The notes under the pieces: generated by a model
What the model saw: the letters and a program-made list of their open reading frames with translations, nothing else
The model's database searches: none
Told to the model about the DNA's origin: nothing
Program-made: the position numbers and the translations under genes
Part shown: positions 1 to 10,011 of the stretch, one piece after another
Layout: each line of letters opens with the position of its first letter
Numbering within the stretch: position 1 is the first letter of the stretch
Source: Anaerolineae bacterium
GTDB lineage: Bacteria; Chloroflexota; Anaerolineae; Fen-1058
Assembly: GCA_046328575.1 (NCBI GenBank)
Contig: JAXLWI010000011.1
Location: forward strand, 1,163-65,162
Direction: 5' to 3'
DNA length: 64,000 bases

Positions 1-654
1 GTCGGCGTCGATTGTGTCGGTACGTTCCCGATCGACGACTACGCAGCCCGCGCGACCTTTGCGGGCGGCGCGGATGCGCTGACAAATGAAGTGCTGCAAT
101 TTGCGCGCTCGGGCGGGCTGGGCGTGCATCGCTATCGCGTGGCGTGCCAGATGTGCGACAGCCACATGCCGGAAGGCGTCGATGTGATCCTCAGCACCTT
201 TGGGCTGCCGACGCGCGAAATGATCTTGATCACAGTTCGTAACAGCGCCTTGATCGATCAACTGCATTTAGCAGAGATCACGCAGGGGCGGGCCGATGCG
301 TTGTGGGTGACCGAGCATATTCGCGTACATCAAGCCGTTACCGATCGGCGCGCCCGCAACCGCGAGCGTTACTCGCAGGCGTTGCCATCCACGCTGCCGT
401 GCGACATGGCCGAGCTGGCTGTGCATCTGGCGGCACGCTCGACCTGTCACGAGTGTTTCAAAGCGTGCCCGCTGATGGAAGGCGACGTCCAACTGGGTCA
501 CGATGGCGATACTTTGGTGCAGCTCAATCGTTGGCTGGAAAGCTGCGTCGAATGCGGCATGTGTGAACAGGCTTGCCCCAAGCATTGGCTGTTAACGGTG
601 GAACACGAACATTTGCGGCAGGGCCTGCCGCCCACGTCGGAACTGACGAGGTGA
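1..654 (+). CDS. FrhB/FdhB-like iron-sulfur protein, C-terminal part (5' end outside the window)
   Basis: Frame 1 is open from base 1 (VGVDCVGTFPIDDYAARA...), so the start at 91 is probably internal. Cys motifs CHECFKACP and CVECGMCEQACP are ferredoxin-type CxxCxxCxxxCP. It is colinear with the next ORF (VGVDCVGTFPIDDY vs IGADCVATFPADEY). Family call is by motif only. Confidence 0.5.
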   Translation, partial: VGVDCVGTFPIDDYAARATFAGGADALTNEVLQFARSGGLGVHRYRVACQMCDSHMPEGVDVILSTFGLPTREMILITVRNSALIDQLHLAEITQGRADALWVTEHIRVHQAVTDRRARNRERYSQALPSTLPCDMAELAVHLAARSTCHECFKACPLMEGDVQLGHDGDTLVQLNRWLESCVECGMCEQACPKHWLLTVEHEHLRQGLPPTSELTR

Positions 655-657
655 ACC

Positions 658-1746
658 ATGAACGTTAATCGCGTTATCAAAGTTCAACATAGCGATCCAC
701 TGAATGCGTTACACGCGTTCTTGATCGACTGGTGGCAGCAGATCGGGCTACAGGCTTTGCTCGCGCCAGCCCCGGTGGCCGATCGGCCCACGGTTGTCAC
801 GCACGTCATCGATCGACCAGAGCGGCTGACCAGTGTCAATCCCTTTGCGCCGATCATGATCGGCAATGCCGCTGCTGTAGTCGAGGCCTTTGTGCACCAG
901 CGGCCGGAGCAAAATTTGGCGGTGATACTGCGACCCTGTGAACTGCGCGCCTTGATCGAACTGCGCAAGCGGCGGCGCGTACCCGCGGTCGACGAAGCAA
1001 TCAAGAACGGCACGCTGACGATCATCGGAGCGGACTGCGTTGCGACTTTTCCCGCGGATGAATACGAGCAACGCGTAAAAGAGCACGGCGCAAGCGCAGT
1101 GACGCGCGATGCGATGATGTACGCGGGAGAAGGTGTCTATTCGCCCTACGATTTGCGGGCGGCCTGCCGTGTCTGCGATTGGCCCGCGCCGCGCGGCGCC
1201 GATCTCGTCATCGGCGCGATCGGGGTGTTATCCGATCAATATCTGCTGCTGATCGCTCACGACGAAGCGACAGATTCGCACCTGCAACTGTCAGCCGTTT
1301 TGCCTGAAGTCGCTACTGAGCAACAAGTGGTGAAACGCGAAGTCGCAGTTGGTGAATTGATCGATAAGCGCGCGAAGGTGCGCGCCCAACAGTTGGGCGT
1401 GACATCGGAGAACCTGATGGACTTTGCGCGGTTGTTGAGCTGGATTTCCAACTGTACCCTGTGCGGCGACTGCCTCGACGCTTGCCCGCTGTACAACGGC
1501 GAACTCGCCAGCCTGTTGAGCGCCAGTGGCGCGACTCGCGGTAATCATGTGCCGCTGGCCGACTTCATCGCTTTGGCTCGCTGGCTCACGTCTTGCTCAG
1601 GGTGCGGCATGTGCGAAGCGGCCTGCGAACACGGTGTACCGTTAGGTCTGCTGGCCTCGGCGGTGAGTCACGGCATACGCGGCGGCTTGCATGAATACGC
1701 GGCTGGTGATCCCAATCGACCGCTGCCCTGGGCGGCGACGCGGTAA
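658..1746 (+). CDS. FrhB/FdhB-like iron-sulfur protein (4Fe-4S dicluster C-terminus)
   Basis: 362-aa ORF starting 4 nt after the previous stop. It has an RPCELRAL motif, CRVCDWP, and two ferredoxin-type clusters (CTLCGDCLDACP, CSGCGMCEAACE). It is a paralog of the upstream ORF. Confidence 0.55.
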   Translation: MNVNRVIKVQHSDPLNALHAFLIDWWQQIGLQALLAPAPVADRPTVVTHVIDRPERLTSVNPFAPIMIGNAAAVVEAFVHQRPEQNLAVILRPCELRALIELRKRRRVPAVDEAIKNGTLTIIGADCVATFPADEYEQRVKEHGASAVTRDAMMYAGEGVYSPYDLRAACRVCDWPAPRGADLVIGAIGVLSDQYLLLIAHDEATDSHLQLSAVLPEVATEQQVVKREVAVGELIDKRAKVRAQQLGVTSENLMDFARLLSWISNCTLCGDCLDACPLYNGELASLLSASGATRGNHVPLADFIALARWLTSCSGCGMCEAACEHGVPLGLLASAVSHGIRGGLHEYAAGDPNRPLPWAATR

Positions 1747-1764
1747 ACGGTTAATCAAGACAAT

Positions 1765-1806
1765 GACAGTGGCGGACAAGATACCTTGTCCGCCACTGTC
1801 TGTTTC
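1765..1806. terminator. Hairpin terminator between convergent genes
   Basis: Perfect 16-bp stem gacagtggcggacaag / cttgtccgccactgtc with a 4-nt loop, followed by tgtttc. It lies between the stops at 1746 (+) and 1840 (-). Confidence 0.75.
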
Positions 1807-1839
1807 AACGCGTGTAAATTGAGTCGGAACTTAAAGTCA

Positions 1840-4800
1840 CTAGCGCCGAATTACAGGCAGGTAAGTTCGCCAACCGATGTAGGATTCAGTCATAGCCGAG
1901 TTGTTGAATTTTTCAAGTTCCGTACCGGTTGGCTCAATGACTACCTGGCTGATCAACGTGCTGAAGCTGGTTGCCGTTGGCGCAACGGTCGCTGTGATGA
2001 GGAGCGTGTATGAATCGCTCTTGGCGGGCAGACTACCGACATCCCAAACTAGACTGGACGTATTCGTCAGCGGCGGCAAACTCGCTTGAATGTCAATCAG
2101 ATCGGCAGGTAACGTGGCTGTGATGAAGGTTCCGTCGCTCGGTGCTCCGCCTCGATTGCCATAGGTCACTTCATAGGTCACTTGCGTGCCGCGCGGACTG
2201 GTGGCGGGTGTTTTGATGGTTGTCCAGACATCGGCGTTCGCTGAGCCGAGTGAGACGTCGTCGAGATAGATTGCGCCGCGGGCCGCATCCGTGTCGCCTT
2301 GGTCGACTTTGAAGGTGACCGTCACCGTTTGACCAGCCCAGGCTGATAGATCAAACCAGCGATGCGTCCAGTCTTGGGTGGCAATTACTTCGGTGTGTAG
2401 CGTCGTAGTTGTTACACCGTCTGACACCTCAACTGCGAAACTTGGATTACTCTGTGGCGCCAAGGCTGGAGGTTCTGTTGGGGTTGCGCAGACCAAGAAC
2501 GGATAGGCACAGCCCTGACCGTTGTTGTAGAGCGCAGCACGTTCATCAGCGGTGAGCACACGTTTCCAGAGGCCGATTTCATCGATGGCACCGTTCCAAC
2601 TCTGATTGGTCAAGTCACTACCCATTCGGAATTCATAAGGAGTGTCCCAACCACCACCTTGATATTGGATCACGTTTTCGGCGCCATTCACCGAAATACC
2701 AACTTGGCGCTGAGTAGCGTTGTGCCAGAAGACCAGGAAATACCATTGGCCTGGCGCTGGCGAACCAAATCCACTCGCCTCATCATAAATGCCGGTGCTG
2801 TAATTCCCTAAAACGCCTGCAAACCGGCCCACGCCACTATTGTAACCGAGAGAGTATTCGAGTGTGTTGTACGCGGAGGTATTGCCCTTGCCAACAATAG
2901 AACCTGGATTCTGAAGAGAATTGAGGTACGCCCAGCCTGCGATTGTGAAATCAACATCTCCAGTGCTCAGATCGGCATTATCTAAATGGCTGAGATAACT
3001 TTGAAGTGTTGGCGAGAAAACTGCTGCTTCACCAATCTTGCCGGGCATCACACCGACGCCGTTGTGAGCTTGCAGATTGTTGCCATGTCCGGTGGCGTCT
3101 TGCCGAGCGCCACTGGGTTCATCGAGCGACCAATAAGCAGCGAGATCACTCAAAAGCGTTGACTGGGTATTCTTCGAAAGATACAAATACGAAAGCGCGG
3201 GATGCTCTGTGGGTACAGCGACTGCTTGAGATAGAATCGAATCGCCTGTATTAGAGATGCCTGACGTGCCAAAGAATACACTGTTATGGCCCGTGTGCCG
3301 CACAGCAGAAGTAAGTGTCGGTGTCAGTTCGCCGTTTGTCATCCAGGGATCGAAATCAACTGCTTCGAAATCACCATTCGCGATGGCGTTATTTTGTGGG
3401 GGCAGGATCGCGTCTAATTGGGCATCACTGGTGTCTGGTGTTATTGTGAAACTAAGTTGCCCTGAGTTGTCCCCATAGCCGCTATCGTTGATGTTCAACC
3501 AGAGTTGCGCGATGTCTGCGGTCCATACAAACACGTAAGTATGACTCGGATCGACTTCAGTTTGGCCATTCTGGGCAGTTAGAAGTGCTCCGTTAAAGCT
3601 GATGTTAGGCGAGTGTTGACAAAAGCACCCAGGCGCTGACCAGGCCCATTGTGCATCGGCCGGTATGCCATAAGTGTAGTCGAAAGTTCCTTTGATGACG
3701 ATCCGATATCGCTGACCGGGTATCAGGTTAGCGATTGATACTATGGCCGGTCCGCCATTGTTTTGCGCGGGTAACACGCCTTGGGTGGGGCTAGGCTCTT
3801 GTGTATTTCCACCGACAAAGGCAGTGGATGGCAAATTACCGTAACCACTTTTACTCCACGTAGTCGTGTAAAGAAGTGAACTACTCATCGCATGCGACGC
3901 GTACAAACCCGCCGGATCCGACAAGCTGCCGATCGTAGCCTGAGTGTCCAATGTGCTTGTGATATTTAGTCCTGCGATCGGTGTCCCAGTATTGTCAGTG
4001 GCCGCGCCTGTGATCGCCCAGACATAGAATTGGATTGATGCATCGCCGTCGCCTGTCGGCCAGTTTTCGAGGTTTTGAGCCTTATCGAGGGCACGTGTGC
4101 GGAAGAAGTAGGTGTGCCCGTCCGTTCCAGAGAACGTCGCAGTCGAACTGGCGATATTTGTAAGCCAGTCAGTCCAGGTGCCAGTAAGACCGTCGCGATA
4201 TTGAACATCATACGACTGAATACCCGACTCGCCGGGGTCGCCGCCTACCCAGCTCACCTCTACTTGGCCCTTGGCAAAGGCGGGCAGGGCGCTGATACTG
4301 CTAACCGGGGGTAGGGTCTCGATCGTAGTACTAGCATCCTGTGTCGTTGGCCAGGCTTCTAAATTGCCACTGATATCGTGTGCTCGACTTCGGAAGTAAT
4401 ACGTGTGCCCACCCACGCCGGGATAGTTGCCGGAAGTCGATGTCGTTGCCGTTTGCCAATCCACCCATGTCCCCGCCGAACCATCTTTGACTTGAACGTC
4501 GTAATTGGCCAGACCGGAGCCGATATCGCTGCCCGACCAGCTGACAAAAATCGGGCTAGGCGAAGTCGTGGGCAAGGGGCTCACGGATGAAGTGGGCATT
4601 GCCGAATCAATACTTTGCCAATCGGGACGCCAGTCTACGCCAGAGTAACTTAATCGTATGAGCCCTGGTGTGACCGTGTCGACCGCGTCGAGATAGGCGT
4701 TGGTCCAATACAGTTGGCCCCCACTATACACATAGTAGATTCGTGTAAAGGCGATGTATCGTTCGTCTGGCGACCAACTGCCGGCCCAGGCGTCAGCGTA

Positions 4801-5652
4801 CCCGCCTTCATCAAACACAGCATGCGCGTTTGAGCCGTCGGCATTAATTACCCACAAGTTCTGCCAATAATCGCCACCGGCCACATCTAAAGCCAACTTT
4901 GTTCCGCTAGGCGACCACACAGGATGGCTGACGTAAGGTAGGGCGGCTAAAAGATGTTGATTAGTACCGTTGGCGTTCATCAGCCATAACCAGTAATCGG
5001 TATCGCCGCTAGTCCGTTTGGAGACGAACGCGATTTGTGTGCCGTCCGGCGACCAGGAGGGCTCGCCGTCGTAGCCAGAATTATTAGTCAATCGGGTTTG
5101 GCCTGAGCCATTGGCGTTCATCACATAGACTTCAGCCTGCCCATCCCGATAGGATTGAAATACGATTCGGCTGCCATCTGGCGACCAATACGGTGAAACG
5201 TCGTCGGCACTGGTGTTCGTTAACCGAGTGACGCCCGAACCATCAGCATTCATGACGTAGATTTCGTAGTTCCCAGTTCGGCGGGAAGCAAATGCGATGC
5301 GGGTGGCGCCATGATTAAAGCGTGGCTGGATGTCAAGTGCGCTGCTGGCGGTTAGGCGGGTTTGGCCACTGCCGTCATCATTTCCGGAGTAAATTTCCCA
5401 GTTATTGTCGCGATAGGATTGGAAAGTAAGCCGATACCAGGTCGAGACCTGCGGGGCGTTTGCCGCTGGGCTATACGGCTGGGTTGTTTTGTCCGTCGTC
5501 AGGTGTGGAATCTCCTCCAAGTTGACTGGTCGGCGTGGCGACGATACTGTAGCTGAGGCCAGCGGCGCCGTGAGTAATAGGACCAGGAATCCGATCAACG
5601 CCAATACAGTGGCCGAAATGATATAAGAGGAAGCCTTAATGCGAAGTAACAT
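1840..5652 (-). CDS. Large secreted multidomain protein (TolB-like beta-propeller, two FN3-like modules, LamG/concanavalin-like domain, DUF11-like C-terminus)
   Basis: Start moved to the ATG at 5652, which has AAGGAG 6 nt upstream and gives the signal peptide MLLRIKASSYIISATVLALIGFLVLLLTAPLASA. PD40-type repeats (EIYVMNADGSGVTRLTN, EVYVMNANGSGQTRLTN, WSPDG x4). Two repeated modules (YDVQVKDG..GHTYYFRSRAHD / YDVQYRDG..GHTYFFRTRALD). LamG-like LAAYWSLDEPSG...AIDEIGLWKRVL. C-terminal VTYEVTYGNRGG repeat-domain signature. Confidence 0.75.
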   Translation of the reverse strand: MLLRIKASSYIISATVLALIGFLVLLLTAPLASATVSSPRRPVNLEEIPHLTTDKTTQPYSPAANAPQVSTWYRLTFQSYRDNNWEIYSGNDDGSGQTRLTASSALDIQPRFNHGATRIAFASRRTGNYEIYVMNADGSGVTRLTNTSADDVSPYWSPDGSRIVFQSYRDGQAEVYVMNANGSGQTRLTNNSGYDGEPSWSPDGTQIAFVSKRTSGDTDYWLWLMNANGTNQHLLAALPYVSHPVWSPSGTKLALDVAGGDYWQNLWVINADGSNAHAVFDEGGYADAWAGSWSPDERYIAFTRIYYVYSGGQLYWTNAYLDAVDTVTPGLIRLSYSGVDWRPDWQSIDSAMPTSSVSPLPTTSPSPIFVSWSGSDIGSGLANYDVQVKDGSAGTWVDWQTATTSTSGNYPGVGGHTYYFRSRAHDISGNLEAWPTTQDASTTIETLPPVSSISALPAFAKGQVEVSWVGGDPGESGIQSYDVQYRDGLTGTWTDWLTNIASSTATFSGTDGHTYFFRTRALDKAQNLENWPTGDGDASIQFYVWAITGAATDNTGTPIAGLNITSTLDTQATIGSLSDPAGLYASHAMSSSLLYTTTWSKSGYGNLPSTAFVGGNTQEPSPTQGVLPAQNNGGPAIVSIANLIPGQRYRIVIKGTFDYTYGIPADAQWAWSAPGCFCQHSPNISFNGALLTAQNGQTEVDPSHTYVFVWTADIAQLWLNINDSGYGDNSGQLSFTITPDTSDAQLDAILPPQNNAIANGDFEAVDFDPWMTNGELTPTLTSAVRHTGHNSVFFGTSGISNTGDSILSQAVAVPTEHPALSYLYLSKNTQSTLLSDLAAYWSLDEPSGARQDATGHGNNLQAHNGVGVMPGKIGEAAVFSPTLQSYLSHLDNADLSTGDVDFTIAGWAYLNSLQNPGSIVGKGNTSAYNTLEYSLGYNSGVGRFAGVLGNYSTGIYDEASGFGSPAPGQWYFLVFWHNATQRQVGISVNGAENVIQYQGGGWDTPYEFRMGSDLTNQSWNGAIDEIGLWKRVLTADERAALYNNGQGCAYPFLVCATPTEPPALAPQSNPSFAVEVSDGVTTTTLHTEVIATQDWTHRWFDLSAWAGQTVTVTFKVDQGDTDAARGAIYLDDVSLGSANADVWTTIKTPATSPRGTQVTYEVTYGNRGGAPSDGTFITATLPADLIDIQASLPPLTNTSSLVWDVGSLPAKSDSYTLLITATVAPTATSFSTLISQVVIEPTGTELEKFNNSAMTESYIGWRTYLPVIRR

Positions 5653-6107
5653 GATCCGCTCCTTAGTTATTGGGTGCGATTTGTTTGGGGTGAGTGCGCA
5701 CAAGATGTGTGACACAAGAGCCAGTGGTCTCGATCGGGTGTTTGCTGTTGTAAACCGCAAAGCAAGTCGTCTGACTAACGTCACTACGTTAACTCAAAAA
5801 CTAATGCATTGTCAATACGGGATCTTCCGTATCAAAGATGGTTTTGAATAATTTGAGGAGGTTTGTCATATCGGGCACCGTGCCAAACATCATGGGGAAT
5901 ACACCCTATGACCGATTCGCATTTTAGCCCGCTTGAAATTGTCTCCGTGGGCTTATGGGGTGTTGGGCTGAAATCTGCTTATAAACCACCGCCAGTTTGG
6001 TCAATTGGGCGCAGCGGTTTAGAATCCGTCCAATAATCAAGGGTATTTTCTCAGCCTCGTCTCATAATTATCTTGGACAATAGGCCTATCGACGTTGGCT
6101 TGGGTAA

Positions 6108-6983
6108 TTGACCACTACTGCGGGGGCAAGCGTGGACAACCCGATTGAGACTCCTCAACCCAAATCTGGCAAATGGCGACAGCGCATTCAGCGCGTTCGC
6201 GGTGGCTTCAAGCGTGCCGCGCCGTTCGCCTCTGGCGTGTTTGCCGCGCTGATCGCTCTGCTGCTTTACAACGCACTATTTCCATCACCGACACCGTTGA
6301 CCACGCGCCAGGTGAATGAAACTGTGGCACAGGTCATGGCTTCGGCCACGCCGCCACCAGCCTATTCCGCACAGGTTTATCAGGCCATCTGGCCCTCACT
6401 GGTGCTAATTCAAACCGAACGTTCCGATGACCATGGCGAAGATTCCCATGGTCTGGGTAGTGGCGTTGTGATCAATGATGCGGGTGACATCCTGACGAGC
6501 CTGCACGTGGTCACGCAAGCCGTCTCGATCGATTTGACCTACGCCGATGGCACCGAATCCAGCGGCAAAATCGTCGACGCCCAGCCGGAGCATGACATCG
6601 CCGTGGTGCGCGCCGATAAGCCGCCCGAGAAGATCTATCCCGCCGTGCTGGGCAATCCTGGCGCGATGCACGTCGGCGACGAAGCCTTCGCGGTCGGCAA
6701 CCCCTTTGGGTTATACAGTTCGATGAGTGCGGGTGTTATCTCCGGCTTCGATCGATCCTTTCAGCCCCCCAGCAGCACAGTCAAATTGCGCAACATGATC
6801 CAGATTGACGCCGCCGTAAACCCAGGCAATTCGGGCGGGCCGTTGCTCAATCGGGAAGGGGCCGTGATCGGTATCGTGACCGGCATCGTCAATCCAACTG
6901 ACGGCGATTTCTTTGTCGGCATCGGCTTCGCCGTCCCCATCAACGTCGCGGTCGGCGGGCTGGGCGATGCGCCGCCTTATTAA
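6108..6983 (+). CDS. Membrane-anchored trypsin-like serine protease (S1C/HtrA-like, no PDZ domain)
   Basis: TTG start. N-terminal TM helix (GVFAALIALLLYNALF). Catalytic triad context TSLHVV, HDIAVV, GNSGGPLLN. Confidence 0.75.
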   Translation: MTTTAGASVDNPIETPQPKSGKWRQRIQRVRGGFKRAAPFASGVFAALIALLLYNALFPSPTPLTTRQVNETVAQVMASATPPPAYSAQVYQAIWPSLVLIQTERSDDHGEDSHGLGSGVVINDAGDILTSLHVVTQAVSIDLTYADGTESSGKIVDAQPEHDIAVVRADKPPEKIYPAVLGNPGAMHVGDEAFAVGNPFGLYSSMSAGVISGFDRSFQPPSSTVKLRNMIQIDAAVNPGNSGGPLLNREGAVIGIVTGIVNPTDGDFFVGIGFAVPINVAVGGLGDAPPY

Positions 6984-7042
6984 GATTTTTAACTTAAATC
7001 GCTGGCCGCCTCTGATGCGTACACTATTTGTAGGAGGGAATC

Positions 7043-8059
7043 ATGCTCGATAGTAAGTCTGACCTGTCACCCAATGCGCCGCCGATGGAGCGGGTGCTGT
7101 ATGAAGTTAAGAAGATCATCGTCGGACAGGATCATTTATTGGAGCGGATGATCGTCGCGCTGCTGGCGCGCGGGCACATCCTCGTCGAAGGCGTGCCTGG
7201 CCTCGCCAAGACGATGGCCATCAAAACGCTGGCGGAATCGATCGGGGGCGAGTTCAAGCGCATCCAGTTCACGCCCGATTTGGTCCCGGCCGATTTGATC
7301 GGCACGCGCATCTACAATCAGAAGACCGGCGAGTTCAATACCTCGCTCGGTCCCGTCTTCACCAATCTGCTTCTGGCCGATGAAATCAACCGCGCGCCTG
7401 CGAAAGTGCAGAGCGCCTTGCTTGAGGTAATGCAGGAACGGCAAGTGACGATTGGGCGCGAGACATTCAAAGTGCCGAATCCTTTCCTCGTACTGGCCAC
7501 ACAGAACCCGATCGAAACCGAAGGCACCTACGCGCTGCCTGAAGCGCAAGTCGATCGCTTCATGCTCAAAGTGTTGGTCGGTTATCCCACGTCGACCGAA
7601 GAGTTCGTGATCGTCGAGCGTATGACAAATGCACTACAGGCTGTACAAAAAGTGCTGACCACCGATCAACTCTTGGTATTGCAGCAGGATGCCGATCGGG
7701 TGTACGTGGACTCCGCGTTGATTGAATATGCTGTGCGGATGGTAACGGCCACACGCCAGCCGCGCGACTTTGGCCTGAAAGAGTTGGAGCACTACATTAC
7801 TTTTGGCGCAAGCCCGCGCGCTTCGATCAACTTGATTTTGACGGCGCGTGCGCTCGCCTTCGTACGCGGCCGCGACTACGTGCTGCCGCAGGATGTGCTG
7901 GACATGGCGCTGGATGTGATGCGGCATCGCGTGGTGTTGTCGTATGAAGCATTGTCCGACAACGTCAGCAGTGACGATATCTTGAAGAAAGTACTCGATC
8001 GAATTCCAATTCCGGTGGTGCCGCTGCGTGAACACGTCAACCTCCGCGTCAACGCCTAG
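7043..8059 (+). CDS. MoxR-family AAA+ ATPase
   Basis: Walker A GVPGLAKT, Walker B LLADEINR, sensor region VLATQNP, and the typical MoxR C-terminus (FGASPRASI). RBS GGAGGG upstream. Confidence 0.9.
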   Translation: MLDSKSDLSPNAPPMERVLYEVKKIIVGQDHLLERMIVALLARGHILVEGVPGLAKTMAIKTLAESIGGEFKRIQFTPDLVPADLIGTRIYNQKTGEFNTSLGPVFTNLLLADEINRAPAKVQSALLEVMQERQVTIGRETFKVPNPFLVLATQNPIETEGTYALPEAQVDRFMLKVLVGYPTSTEEFVIVERMTNALQAVQKVLTTDQLLVLQQDADRVYVDSALIEYAVRMVTATRQPRDFGLKELEHYITFGASPRASINLILTARALAFVRGRDYVLPQDVLDMALDVMRHRVVLSYEALSDNVSSDDILKKVLDRIPIPVVPLREHVNLRVNA

Positions 8060-8984
8060 CCTCACGCGATCGGCCACTGCGCCCGAACGCATCTTGCAGC
8101 GCCTGGATTGGCAGGTGATTCGCCGTCTGGACGGCTTGCTGCAAGGCGATTATCGCAGCCTGTTTTACGGCTACGGCGTGGACTTCGCCGATCTGCGCGA
8201 GTATCAGCCCAACGATGACATTCGCTACATCGATTGGAATGTCACGGCGCGCATGAACACGCCCTACATTCGCCAGTACGTTGAAGACCGCGAGATCACT
8301 GCGTGGTTTCTGCTCGATCTCAGCCCATCGGTGGACTTTGGCACGGTGCAGACGCAAATCGTGAAGCGCTCCATGCTGATCGATTTTGTGGCAACGTTAT
8401 CGCGTTTGCTGACGCGGCATGGCAATCGAGTCGGGGCGTTGTTTTACAGCGGACGGGTTGATGATGCGCAGCGTCTGCGGCCCGATCGCATCATCCCGGC
8501 TCGCGGTGGTCGGTTGCAAGTTCTACGCCTCATTCACGATCTGCTGAATCAGCCGCCACTCAAACACGCGCCTTTCACCGATCTATCGCCGTTAATCGAT
8601 GGCGGTTTGCATCAAATCAAACGCCGCGCGTTAGTCTTTGTGATTTCGGATTTCATTAGTGCGCCAGGCTGGGAGCGGCGGCTGAATTTGCTCAGTCAAC
8701 GGCATGAAGTGCTGGCCGTGCGATTGTGGGATCCGCGCGAGTTGGATTTGCCCGATGTCGGCCCGATTGTGATGGAAGACGCCGAGACGGGCGAGCAACT
8801 GTATGTTGATACGCACGATAAAAAGTTCCGCACCCGATTTGCCGAAGCGGCTCGACGGCGCGAAGCCGCACTCGGCGAAGCCTTCAAACATGCTGGCGTG
8901 CCAGTGCTGTCACTATCCACAGAAGACGATCTTGTGCGCGCGATCGTGCGCTTTGCCACGTTACGCCGTCAACGTCGAAAGTAA
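8028..8984 (+). CDS. DUF58 domain protein (MoxR partner)
   Basis: GDYRSLFYGYGVDFADLREYQPNDDIRYIDWNVTAR is the DUF58 core signature. The GTG start overlaps moxR by 32 nt. The start is uncertain; a TTG at about 8092 is possible. Confidence 0.8.
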   Translation: MNTSTSASTPSLTRSATAPERILQRLDWQVIRRLDGLLQGDYRSLFYGYGVDFADLREYQPNDDIRYIDWNVTARMNTPYIRQYVEDREITAWFLLDLSPSVDFGTVQTQIVKRSMLIDFVATLSRLLTRHGNRVGALFYSGRVDDAQRLRPDRIIPARGGRLQVLRLIHDLLNQPPLKHAPFTDLSPLIDGGLHQIKRRALVFVISDFISAPGWERRLNLLSQRHEVLAVRLWDPRELDLPDVGPIVMEDAETGEQLYVDTHDKKFRTRFAEAARRREAALGEAFKHAGVPVLSLSTEDDLVRAIVRFATLRRQRRK

Positions 8985-8988
8985 GGTC

Positions 8989-9987
8989 ATGTCCTTCATC
9001 TCGCCCGAGTTGTTGATTTTGCTCGTTGCGGTGCCGCTGCTGATCGTGCTGTATGCCCGTTGGCAGCGCCGACGCCAGCGACTGTTGGCGAACTTCGGCG
9101 CATTTGGCCTAGCGCCTAAAGCCGGGCAGGGCGCTCGCCGCAATGTGCCGGCAGTGCTGTTTCTGATCGCCATTGCTGTTTTGATCATCGCGTTGGCACG
9201 GCCGCAGATGACGGTCAGTCTGCCGCGCGTTGGCGGTACGGTCATTCTTGCCTTCGATGTGTCCGGTAGCATGGCCGCTGACGATCTCAAGCCGACGCGC
9301 ATGGAAGCGGCGAAAGTGGCGGCCCGCGATTTTGTGGCGAAGCAGCCGCGCGGTGTACAGATCGGGGTGGTGGCCTTTAGCGACACTGGTCTGACTGTTC
9401 AACCGCCGACCGATGATGAGGATCTGATCCTCGCCACAATCGATCGGTTGACGCCCGAACGCGGCACCTCGTTGGCGAACGGCATTCTGATGTCACTGGA
9501 TGCAATCGCGGCGGGCGATGAACCGCCCACGAACTACTATCGCAATGCGACACCGGAGCCGACGCCCACGCCGACCCCCATGCCTAAGGGAACCTACGAA
9601 CCGGCTGTGATCATCCTGCTAACGGACGGTGAGAATACCGTCTCGCCCGATCCGATGGAAGCCGCGCAGCAAGCCATCGATCGCGGGGTGCGCATCTACA
9701 CCGTCGGCGTCGGCAGCCCCGGGGGCGTTAATTTGAAAGTCAACGGGTTTACGGTTCGCACCCAACTCGATGAACCGACCTTGAAAAAGATCTCGGAATT
9801 GACGGACGGTACTTACTATAACGCCCAAACCGAACAAGACTTGCAATCGATTTATCAGAACATTCAACCTGAACTATCGATCAAGCCGGAAAAGATGGAG
9901 ATCACCTCGATTCTGGCCGGGATAAGTCTCGTGTGTTTGTTGATCGGCGGAGCGTTGTCGCTGAGTTGGTTCAGCCGCTTGCCGTGA
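8989..9987 (+). CDS. VWA domain membrane protein (BatA-like)
   Basis: Start moved to the ATG at 8989 (MSFISPELLILLVAVPLL TM helix), 5 nt after the DUF58 stop. MIDAS DVSGSM, LLTDGENT, and a C-terminal TM helix. Confidence 0.8.
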   Translation: MSFISPELLILLVAVPLLIVLYARWQRRRQRLLANFGAFGLAPKAGQGARRNVPAVLFLIAIAVLIIALARPQMTVSLPRVGGTVILAFDVSGSMAADDLKPTRMEAAKVAARDFVAKQPRGVQIGVVAFSDTGLTVQPPTDDEDLILATIDRLTPERGTSLANGILMSLDAIAAGDEPPTNYYRNATPEPTPTPTPMPKGTYEPAVIILLTDGENTVSPDPMEAAQQAIDRGVRIYTVGVGSPGGVNLKVNGFTVRTQLDEPTLKKISELTDGTYYNAQTEQDLQSIYQNIQPELSIKPEKMEITSILAGISLVCLLIGGALSLSWFSRLP

Positions 9988-10011
9988 TGGCAGCGCGCCG
10001 TTGAGGAGGTC

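Noticed and set aside
5653-5784. Upstream extensions of several track ORFs (5653-5784, 8803-8988, 12825-12857, 24467-24616, 35881-36015, 58774-58821, 60016-60081, 54770-54904)
   Set aside because: In each case an internal ATG with a GGAGG/AAGGAG site at the proper spacing gives a canonical N-terminus (signal peptide, lipobox, or conserved family start). The extension would overlap a neighbouring gene or regulatory DNA.
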